The notes under the pieces were generated by a model. The model was given only the letters and a program-made list of their open reading frames with translations, was not told where the DNA came from and made no database searches. A program made the translations under genes and the position numbers. A stretch of DNA of 60,493 bases, the filler included, from Sphacelaria rigidula (lineage: Eukaryota): assembly GCA_964200075.2 (NCBI GenBank). It is 7 parts of 7 records of this genome, joined end to end, with 100 filler letters (N's around TTAATTAATTAA, not from the genome) between each part and the next. Parts side by side here need not be neighbours in the genome. Positions count along the whole stretch, not along the records: positions 43,283 to 51,838 come from CAXNAA020010789.1; positions 51,939 to 60,493 come from CAXNAA020010790.1; 5 more parts are not named here. One strand, 5' to 3'. Below, piece by piece: positions 51,316 through 60,493 of the stretch (position 1 is the first letter of the stretch; each line of letters begins with the position of its first letter).

Positions 51316-52938
51316 CATCCCGTTCACTATGGACGCCGGTCTGCCTTTCGGCATATATGTGGACGGGCGCACCAGCCGGGGTCACACAGATAATAGGCCA
51401 ACAGAGGAGTTATTTCTATTTTGTTTGCGTAATCTACCTTCCTTTTGCGATGCTCGCCTCCATGTTTTATCGCGAGAGGAGTTCACCAGTTATTTTCCCT
51501 AGTCGACCATCAAGTCGAATTTTGTCTACCCACGACATTGTCAAAGTTTAAAATTCAATTTTGGCATCTACCTCCGTCACCATTCTCCAAAGCACGAGAA
51601 AACTACAAAAGTGAGCGCCACCGATTAAATCCACCTCAAGACTGGAAATCCACAAGGATGAAGCAGCACGGTCGGTCGATCGTGCGATTCGGGAACAACG
51701 CCCATACATGGGGATAGATTTTTGTAGTGAAATGTGAAAATCAATCAATCAGAGGCTCTTCAGTGAGGAATCGGCGGAATCTAGCTCCAATGAAATGCGA
51801 CATTTGTAGTGAATTATGTAGTCAAGAATGCTTGTGATNNNNNNNNNNNNNNNNNNNNNNNNNNNNNNNNNNNNNNNNNNNNTTAATTAATTAANNNNNN
51901 NNNNNNNNNNNNNNNNNNNNNNNNNNNNNNNNNNNNNNTGGACCAGCGATCAACTTTTTTTCCCCTTTTGGGCAATCAGGCCGAAGAAATCGGGGATTTG
52001 GTGATTTTTAGTCGTGATGATTCGTCCCAACCGTGGATTTTTTTATGCTCCCGCTTCTAGCCGTCCACAGTGCTCCCATGGTCCCCCCTCTTGATGAATT
52101 CTATACCCTGATTTGTCAGCGTATCATGAAATCGCTATCCCAAAGGTCAGTTTTTACCGTTCGGTCTGACAAAAAAAATCTCGGAAGTATCTTACCTCGA
52201 AGTAACGCTAACCGTAACCTCAATCCCATGCCAAGGCACACCGAGAACCCTCGGGCGAGGCAAAGTGCGGTGTTGGTAGACCTCAAATTGGCGCATGCAG
52301 CGCCGTTTCAGATTAAAACGTGTTCTGCGCACGCCAGGAGCACTTGGGGCTGTCAGAACCACTAAAGATCCCAACATCGGTGTTTTCACTCAAATCAAAT
52401 AGTAAAATTCCGGGAAAGTTCCATCCGATCAAGTGGTGAACTACTGCTATCCCACCCCCTCCAACCGTTGTTGGTGGTATGCTATATGGAATAGGATGAA
52501 GACGATACTCGCCGGGTGGTTCTCTGGCAACGCTGTTTTTCTAGTCAACAAAATGGTAATGTGAACCGCGCGCGCGCATGTGTATTTGTGTGTTCCCCCT
52601 ACAAAAAGGCGTACGCCCCAGGACGACGAAAAACATCTCGGTGCTCCCCCTAAAAGAGCAAAACGTGGCGGGGAAGTGCATTGCTGGGAGCAAGGCTGAT
52701 TAAAGTGTGAGCGGGTATTGACGAGGATTCACATTTTTCGCACTACTTACACAGCGCAACTTAAGCTGAGGAGAGGCGGGGGTGCGTTGACACCAGAGTG
52801 GGGAAACAACAACAACAAAAAACGCCTCCTTTCGGTACGCGTAGGGGGGAGCGAGGCTGGGAATCCTCAATTGGATCAAGGTGCTAATAAGGTGGACAGT
52901 CTTTCCATCATGTTCCATCTACACTCTCGACGGCGGAG

Positions 52939-53242
52939 GTTGGATAAAACTGGCGACGGTTTGAGCTTCGACGAAGATGACGAAGGCGGCGGTTTCTCGG
53001 AGCATAGCAATAACGGCGGAGACGAAGAACCCGGGCATGGAAGCGGCGGTGATTGGTCAAGCTCCCCTGGTGATCACTGCGGTGGATATCGGGACAATTT
53101 TGGTAGGAGTAGCAGTGGTGCTGGCAATCGAGCACGGTTCGGGGGTCCCATGTCCGTTGATATGGGGGGTGACACCGATGAGGACGAAGATGATGATGTC
53201 CAAGAGGAGGAAGATGACCAAGAAGAGGAGGAGGAGGAGGAG
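52939..53242 (+). CDS. Exon of an acidic/Gly-Ser low-complexity protein (5' boundary uncertain)
   Basis: Open GC-rich frame DKTGDGLSFDEDDEGGG...EEEEEEE ending at donor GAG|GTGAGA in phase 0. Confidence 0.65.
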
Positions 53243-53376
53243 GTGAGATGCATTGGTATAGTACCGAAAAAACATGATAATCACCGCTCGAAAAACGTGT
53301 ATGATTGTTTTTTCCCCGAAGATATGTGAAACCAATGTTCTCTTTCATGTACGTTCTCGTTTGGTGTGTGGTGCAT

Positions 53377-53540
53377 TACACAATCCTGGATAAAGACATT
53401 GTGTAGATTACATTGTCAAAACGTGTACTGCGTGCAGTATCGACTATTGCGTCAAGTTGTATTGCAATAGACCATAGATCGTATACTGTACGCAGTACAC
53501 TTTTTGACAATGTAATTTGTTGTCATTATCCAGAGTGTGG
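53377..53540. mobile_element. Palindromic MITE (empty form); the SINE-interrupted form is at 12067-12546
   Basis: ACATTGTCAAAACGTGTACTGCGTGCAGTAT / ATACTGTACGCAGTACACTTTTTGACAATGT. Confidence 0.7.
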
Positions 53541-53735
53541 TGTACTATCTATGTGTGTGTTGATGCAGTTATCTCTCCCGTGTGTCTCCCTTGCCTTTCG
53601 GCATCACGGTCTCATACGCATTTTTTTCTATCGATTATTCTTCTGCATTTTGGGTGTTTCGGGCGGGTGTGGGGTGATTACGGCAACGCGTCTGTGGGGT
53701 GATACTACGGCAACAATACCGCGTGGAAAATACAG

Positions 53736-53906
53736 GAAGAGGATGAGGAGGAGGGCGAGGAGGAGGAACAATTGGAAAATGACGGCAGCGACGATGGGGA
53801 TGAGGAGCGCGAGGCGGCAGAGGGGGAAGATGGAGAAGGAGAGGGAGAAGAAGAGGGCAGCTCAAGCGACGACGACTCTTCGGACTCTGACCTTCCCCCT
53901 GCACAG
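53736..53906 (+). CDS. Next exon of the acidic low-complexity protein (EEDEEEGEEEE...SDSDLPPAQ)
   Basis: Acceptor atacAG and donor CAG|GT; 171 nt, phase 0-0. Confidence 0.75.
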
Positions 53907-54426
53907 GTCCAATATTGAGATACCAATGCTGCATTGTTTTTTCTTCTCTGTTGTCTCGAGTCATACTTCAGCCTTTGCACCGTCCTTCGGGAGCAGTCCG
54001 TAGCCTGGAGAAATCAACTTCGCAGTTTCCCCACTACTCCCATTGCGCTGTTTCATCGAGTAGGAATATCAGCCTATCCCCCGCGCAGCGTGTCCACCCT
54101 TCAAATGTACTACGGATAGAGTGAAGGTACTCCTAAGTACTGAACACTCCACAAGAGTAGTTGCACTAAAGTCGAAACTTATAAATAAGAGTAGGGCGGC
54201 GCGTGCACTGCGCTAAGTTGACGAGGGGGGTTTCAGTGGGGTTCAACTCACATTGCCTTGAGCAAAAGCTTTCCGAACGCTCGAGGCGCCTGCTCCATAT
54301 GACTGCCACACGATGGCCCAGCCGAGCCTCCAGATAATCGGCACACGGACTCGTTTGCGGGGTAAGTCTTCGATGAGTCTACCTCATTTTGCTGACGATG
54401 CAAGTTGAAGCCGCTTTCCTCCCGCG

Positions 54427-54965
54427 TTACCCGATGTGGGGTACCGTAGGTACGAGAATAGTAGAAAAGTGCGGGGTTCCTCCTGCACTACCGGATGGGG
54501 GTACCATAGGTATAAGAATAGTAGAATAGTGCGGGGTTCCTCCTGTATTATCCGATGAGAGGTACCATATGTGTGAGAGTAGTGGAATAGTGCAGGGTCC
54601 CTCTTGCATTATCCGATTAGGGGTACCATAGGTGTGAGAGTAGTGGAATAGTGCAGGGTCCCTCTTGCACTACCCGGTTAGGGGTACCATAGGTATGATA
54701 GTAGTGGAATAGTGCAGGGTCTCTCTTGCATTATCCGATTAGGGATACCATGGGTGTGAGAGTAGTGGAATAGTACGGGGTTCCTCCTGCATTATCCGAT
54801 TAGGGGTACCATAGGTGTGAGAGTAGTGGAATAGTGCAGGGTCCCTCTTGCACTACCCGATTAGGAGTACCATAGGTATGATAGTAGTGGAATAGTGCAG
54901 GGTCCCTCTTGCATTATCCGATTAGGGGTACCATAGGTATGATAGTAATGGAATAGTGCGGGATT
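54427..54965. repeat. Intronic minisatellite, 60-61-bp unit x9
   Basis: Units start at 54427, 54488, 54548, 54609, 54670, 54731, 54792, 54853 and 54914. Confidence 0.95.
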
Positions 54966-55144
54966 CAAATGACAGTCTCGTGACGGGAGGGGGCTGATGA
55001 AGTCACGGTAGAGTTTGTTCGAAAAGCTGATGACATGTGTGTCCCCCCCACCCCTCCCGTGCTGGCGCCCGCGCGCGCGCCGACACACGCTCCGCACTTG
55101 CCGCTCTCTACCGAAAAAAACAATCTTCACAATAAATACAAAAG

Positions 55145-56024
55145 ATTGTTTTTGCCGAAGAAACCAACCCGGAACAGAGCAACGAAGATCAAGGACAGGA
55201 GGAGGAGGAGGAGGAGGAGGAGGAGGAAGGAGAAGAGGAAAACGGATCGGAAAATGACGATAGTGAGCAAGAAGGTATTGCTAACAAGGACGAGGGCAAG
55301 GACGAGACGGAGGCCGCGGCCAACGAGGGTAAAGCGGATATTGACCGAGATAACAGTAAGAAAGACGACGACGATGACGACGACGATGACGGGACGGAGA
55401 GCGATGACGGTAGAAGCCGTCGGCCCCGGCGACCGCGCCGCACGCCACCCGTAGTGCCGACTTCGGCGTCAGGGGCAGGGGCTGGTGGAGCAGGGGTTAT
55501 GCACCAAAACCGCCTCGGACAAGAATTTTCACAGGCAGGAGGAGGCGCCGCTGCCTCCACCGCAGCGGTGGCCGGGGCTGTCGCCAACACGCTGCACCGG
55601 CCGTCTCCGACACGTCCGTCCTCTTCTATAACCGTAAGCGGCGGCGGTGCTCCGGGGAACGGTCCGGAGAACGGTGCTACGGTGCAACAGCAACAACAGC
55701 TGAAGCACCGGGAAACATTGCAGGCTCGGGTGCGATCCAATTCGTTCCCCGTGGTTGTGGAGAGACATGCCGCGAATGATGGTTCCCTCGGTACCACCGC
55801 TGCCGTCTCCGGCGACCTTGATAGCACCATGGCAAGAGGTGCAAGCAGCGCTACACCGCCCCCCGGGGGAAAGGCAAAGGGCGCGGCGTCTGCGGAACGC
55901 AGGAAGCCTTCTCGGACGAGTGGGGCTGGTTCGTCTTCTCCCATGACGACCCCGGGCCGCGGAGGAGGAGATGCTGGTGTTGCTGGGGATGGAGGGCGAG
56001 TCAGGAACAAGTCACCGTTCTCGG
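55145..56024 (+). CDS. Large exon of the acidic low-complexity protein (acceptor at 55145 or 55178)
   Basis: Continuous open frame EETNPEQSNEDQGQEEEE...PTSASGAGAGG...RVRSNSFP...NKSPFS. Both candidate acceptors are phase 0; donor TCG G|GTGCGT is phase 1. Confidence 0.78.
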
Positions 56025-57339
56025 GTGCGTCGATGCGGAGTAGGGAGATTGGTTGGTTGGTTTGTTACGTTGCACGTGTAACTAATGCGCGAGATGTTCA
56101 CCGATCCGATACTGTGCAGTCGATAGACTTACACGATTGAGTCACCGGTACCCCAAAGGGGAATTTTGATCGGAAGCACTCACGCTCGCTCCCATACACA
56201 CTACTCTCCCTGGATAAAACAAGAACATTCCAAGCAAGGGGACGATGGAAAAGAAAAACATGCACAAGAGGATTTGATTGTCACATTTTAACGGACCACC
56301 CATGGGTCCAGCCGCGGTCGCATGATGAACGTTCCCAAGAGGAGCAAACTGAAACACTCGCTCAAGAAAAAGACGGAGCAGAAAGGGGTCAAACAGAACG
56401 ACATAGTAAACGAGGACGTGAAAAAACGAAGGAAAGCACAGAAAGAGATGGCCGACCTAAAAAAAAGGAAGAAGAAAGTGATGATAATATGATAATTCTG
56501 GCGTACCCTCAGATATATCGTAGGTCATGCTTCGGATGAGATGAAGGGCTCCCAACAATTCAAGCCTCGGAAAATATTTGCGCACCCCTACCGTAGCATT
56601 ACACTTCAGGGGCTCCCACAGTCAGGAGCTGTTACACAAGAACATGGGTCAGGACTTTCCCGTTTTCAAAAATCGTTCGGGATGTCCCTAGCCCATTGGA
56701 GTGCTGATCGTGGCGTGCTTTCACACATTTCACCATGAGTCGGATGTTTTCTTGGATGAGATGGAGTGCTCCCAACAATTCGAACCTCGAAAAATGTTTT
56801 CTGTGCATCCCTCCTACCGTATAGCACCACTCCAGTTACTGAATCGTACATCATATTATATTATTACAACCATTATTATTACCCCGCATGCAAATGCCGC
56901 GAAGGTGACCTCGCCGTGCGTTTCGGTATATTTGATACCGGTCATGTGCACCATTGTGAGCGGTTACCGGTTTATCATTATCCCGCAAATCCTCTGTTTG
57001 ATCTTTGATCATGCATGAATCAACGATCGAACAAGTCATCGCCGGTTTGAATCACTAATTCTACGATCTTTTAGGCCTACTTTGATCGCTCGAAAAATGT
57101 AGGAAAACGTGGGAAGAAAAAAAGAAGGAAACACGTTGACCTCGGGTGGCAAAAGTCTCCACACGCGGATTTTGCGCCATTCCTGGGGTGAGCACAACTT
57201 GTGTGCAACGTTTAAAACAAAGCCGAAGGGTTTCATTGAAACGTACGGTACAAATCAATTACACTAAAATCAACATTTTCTTAGATGGATCATTATTCCT
57301 CCGACCATTTGGAATTTCATTATATTGCCCCACACGCAG

Positions 57340-57615
57340 GTGCCGCTAGGGCGACCTCGCCTTACTCGACGGCGTCGGGTTATCGAGGCTCTCCGGGGTC
57401 TGTCCCGGGGTCCGGTTCGAGAAACAACAACAACATGAGCAGCAATAATAATCGCGCAGAGAGCCCCGCGCCAGCAACATCGCTGGCATTCTCGGCGTTG
57501 GATATGATGCCCTCTTTAGCATCTGGAGGCAGCGCAGGAGGGGAGGGCAGCAGCGACGAGAACACCAGCAGGAGAGGGCTGGAGAACGACTTTGACGATG
57601 ATAGTATAGGACGAG
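57340..57615 (+). CDS. Further exon of the acidic low-complexity protein (GAARATSPYS...ENDFDDDSIGR)
   Basis: Acceptor acgcAG in phase 1 matches the previous donor; donor CGA G|GTATGT. Confidence 0.78.
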
Positions 57616-57665
57616 GTATGTGTTTTAGTTCTCATGGGATTGGGTGGGTAGGGATGAGGTCAGGG

Positions 57666-57804
57666 GCGGGGGGCATACTCATTTGTTGCTTGCCTTAGTC
57701 GTTTGACCGTTGACGACGCATCCCTTTCGAGACGGAGCAAGTACTCATTCGTTGCTTGCCTTTGTCATTTGACCTTTGACCATGCATCCCTTTCGAGACG
57801 GAGC
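57666..57804 (-). repeat. Short structured dispersed element, subfamily C (~70 bp), tandem pair
   Basis: Two adjacent copies. Others at 2181-2251(+), 2548-2597(-), 8454-8522(-), 17093-17170(+), 30306-30380(+). Confidence 0.85.
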
Positions 57805-57844
57805 GATGAGGTTAGGGGTTGAAAAGTTGTAGAATTCGTTCATA

Positions 57845-58215
57845 CGCCCCGGTGGTTCAGTTGGTAACCTGGAAACCTCCCGACGGCTGGGAAAGTGGGC
57901 TCGAACCTTGGTCAAGTCGCACGATCCGAGATTTTTTTTTCTCATATCATGCCAAATAGCGGAAAGCGACTGTGCGAGAGGTATACAAAAATAAAAACTC
58001 GACTTCACGGTCGACGAGGGAAACGGGTCGCTGAAGCCTTATCGCGATGAAAAGGAAGGCAGGCACCGCAGAAGGAAGATGGAGTGCTGAAAAAAAATGA
58101 AAGAAAAATTCCTGTGCTGACCTTCCTGTGTGACCCCGGCTGATGCGCCCATATGCACCGAAAGGTGTTGACTGGCGTCCAGAATAGATGGGATGACAAG
58201 ACACACACACACACA
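57845..58215 (+). mobile_element. SINE family A (tRNA-derived head, (CA)n tail), near full-length copy
   Basis: Family head has an A box (TGGCTCAGTTGG) and a B box (GGTTCGAATC), slightly diverged in this copy; body ~370 bp; 3' (CA)n. About 14 copies or fragments: 10768-11143(-), 13845-14071(+), 14206-14439(-), 18727-19080(-), 22426-22725(-), 25971-26056(+), 26128-26195(-), 27463-27701(+), 27733-27943(-), 34849-35214(-), 42684-43000(-), 43048-43182(-), 51243-51540(-). Confidence 0.85.
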
Positions 58216-58830
58216 GAGTGGGTGCAAGGTAGTGTGCAGGGGAAAAAGGTATACGTCTACCTGGCCATTTATTTTAGGTTACTTCGAAGAATCGATGGTC
58301 GGTCGGGCTTTCTCGCGGCACATGAAATACGTGGATTTGTTTTACCCGATTTCGAGGCGTTTTTGCCCAGAAGTTGCAGTGATTTTTTTTTCTTGTACTA
58401 GGAAGAAGCATGTATTGCGAGGACAAAAACGAAAAAGTAGCAGGATGGTGTATGAGATAAGCACAGCGGCGAAGTTCAGGGTATTCCACCCCAGCTGTCG
58501 TGGCCCCTTGACTGGCTCGAAAACTAGCAGGGTAGGCTGGTTCTCTCCTGCTTGCCTTTGCCGTTATTTCTCTTTAACGACCACAATTTTTCGACTCTGG
58601 GTATTTGAAGACCTATTTTCGGTGATTGGTGGGCCATTTTTATGGACGAAAAAAGGTACAAGTTTGAGTTTGCTTGTCATGGGTAACTTCGCCGACCCCT
58701 GTACCTGAAAGTAGCCATACACGACAAAGTATAAAAGTTTTTTTGCTCAGTTTGCTCACGCTAAAGATTCACGGGACCAAAATTGAAATTATCCCCATGG
58801 TGCTTGCCTTATATATATATATATATATAT

Positions 58831-59000
58831 TACACCCTGGACAATATATGGTCAATGGATGCAATAGATCAAAGAGGTACAGGAAAAGGTATAGGACTGT
58901 TGCAACTATTGTCGATCGACAACAGTTGCACTAGGCTTATACTTCACTCAGTACAGTTTTGGTCTAATGCATCTATTGATCATATACTGTCCGGAGTGTA
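58831..59000. mobile_element. Palindromic Tc1/mariner-like MITE inserted in (TA)n
   Basis: TA|CACCCTGGACAATATATGGTCAAT ... ATTGATCATATACTGTCCGGAGTG|TA, with a central palindrome at 58901-58930. Confidence 0.8.
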
Positions 59001-60493
59001 ATATATATATATATATATATGCTCAATAGGCGGTTCTACATCTAGTAAGAAATCAAGGTGTTGGTACTGAGAAGGCGATCATACGTCTGTGACCACGGGT
59101 TCGAGAAATCGGGCTAATGTGCGGAATAGTAATGATAATAACTGGAATTATAATTCGAAATAGAAGTAGACTTGGAGTTAGAACAAATGTTCTTCTTGCA
59201 ATTATTGTCGTTGGAGAGTTTCGGAGGATTTTTTTTCATCATGGAGTCAGAGTGTAGAGTGGAAGCTTTGAAACTTCACAGTGGACATTAAAAAGTTCCC
59301 TGCGGAAGCTGATGTGACGTGGCTTCACGTGATTTGTTTTTGTCGCAGTGATTGGTCGCGAGTTGCCCCGCCAAATGTACGATCGACCAGCTTCCAGTTC
59401 GAAAGTGCATAGGCCGCCACAACACAGACTGTACCGTACACTGCGGCACCGTACGCACCGTAAACTACATTTTTCTCTGCACCTGCAGTACTTCAATCCA
59501 CTACGGCATACTACAGGACACAGAGTGCGGTACAGAGAGTGCAATTCAGAACCCTACAAAAGTGCGTTGCGATACGGTGAACTAGTGTAGAGCGATACCG
59601 TACAGAGAGTCAGTTGTACAGACAGTAAACAGTAGTACAGTACCGTACGCACCACATTCAAACAACAGACCTAGGCCGCATTGTGATGGTTTTTCAAAAT
59701 GCCACCCATAACGGTGGTACAAGACGCAATGATCTCTAACGGGATGGAAACGCAGCCAAGTGCAGTACTGCTTGTGTGCCGTAGACTACGAATCGTTCCC
59801 ACCGTCTTCTTCCAGCTGAAGCTGGCAAGAGTGAGGAACTGCACCCAAGGTAACGTGTACCCGTCGAGCATTTGAATCTTCACCAAAAACAACCAAGCGA
59901 GTGCTGATACCATGGCGGAGTCAGGAAGGCCTTCTGACTGCGATGCCAAGCTTTTCTACTTCGTGAATGGCCCATTGTGATAAGCATGGCAGTTGTGATG
60001 GGTGATGAATGTCCCACTTTGCTTGTCAGGGTGTCTTGACTTTGGACTGGCCGTGACCATGGTGGTGAAGGTGGGCGTGGTTATTTTTCGTTCCGCTATG
60101 AACTCTGAAGAGAAACAACGGTTTTCAGATTGACGAGGTGCAAACGGCACTCTGACTCGGAAACAATCGTTCGAAGAAACAAATGAGCGTGGAATGTGCA
60201 CCGTTACCGGCTATTTTTCCTACCACAATGACTCTAAGATGGGAAAAAAACGTTTTCCGAAACTCTCTATTATTAGAAGAATCTGCTCGTGCCGTCTCAG
60301 CTGATTTGCCGTGCTTCGTGCTCGAATTATCAATGAGAACGACAGCAAAAGCCACATTCATCAACGGGCTTCCATGAATCATTATCTAGGTAGCTTGCTG
60401 AATACAAAAAAATAATTGAGTTAACCCTTTGGGAACTAGACCCCCAGGGAGTGCTGATTTTTGTTTTGGTGAATCGGCATCATTTTCAGTCAT

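Noticed and set aside
51190-51551. ORFs with HTHTHT/CVCVCV tracts and the recurring 'LSSHLFWTPV...WAHQPGSHRRK' peptides
   Set aside because: These are translations of microsatellites and SINE A copies, not genes.
54427-54965. CRISPR-like appearance of the 61-bp array (and of the 24-bp array at 10337-10470)
   Set aside because: Units are wholly repeated with no unique spacers, there are no cas genes, and the context is eukaryotic.
55189-56010. 273-aa minus-strand ORF (and similar shadow ORFs at 52908-53348 and 53635-53980)
   Set aside because: Antisense shadows of GC-rich plus-strand exons; splice signals and phases support the plus strand.
58278-58708. Phase-compatible candidate next exon for the acidic gene (GYFEESMVG...)
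   Set aside because: Composition is unlike the other exons, there is no clear donor, and the flank resembles repeat sequence at 34627-34700.
59671-60382. Possible Fanzor/TnpB or transposase remnant in the short minus-strand ORFs
   Set aside because: No RuvC, zinc-finger or DDE motifs were recognised in the frames examined.

Overview
Eukaryotic, intron-rich, repeat-dense nuclear DNA, most consistent with a brown alga (Phaeophyceae). That assignment is an inference from the Pmp-like gene, long introns, GC-rich exons and the repeat style. The window is not one locus. It is seven unlinked contigs of almost identical, descending length (8557, 8557, 8556, 8556, 8556, 8556, 8555 bp) joined by 100-bp N44-TTAATTAATTAA-N44 linkers, so adjacency across linkers means nothing. 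Gene fragments with splice support: the last two exons of a Pmp/adhesin-like repeat protein (+); two probable exons of an unknown gene (-, GC donor); exons 1-2 of SPT4 (-), with a possible divergent neighbour; one exon of an SLC35A nucleotide-sugar transporter (-); the terminal exon of an AGC kinase carrying a ~198-aa insert (-); and four exons of an acidic low-complexity protein (+). The rest is mostly mobile DNA: two tRNA-headed SINE families, LINE-type 3' ends, many MITE/foldback families, three LTR-like copies with an inverted pair, a probable LTR-PBS-gag remnant, and minisatellites. The most unusual signal is a pair of related 70-100-bp dispersed elements that keep the same three-stem fold, with G-U pairs on one strand and variable loops. 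No prokaryotic-type system (CRISPR, operon, Fanzor/TnpB ORF) is supported.
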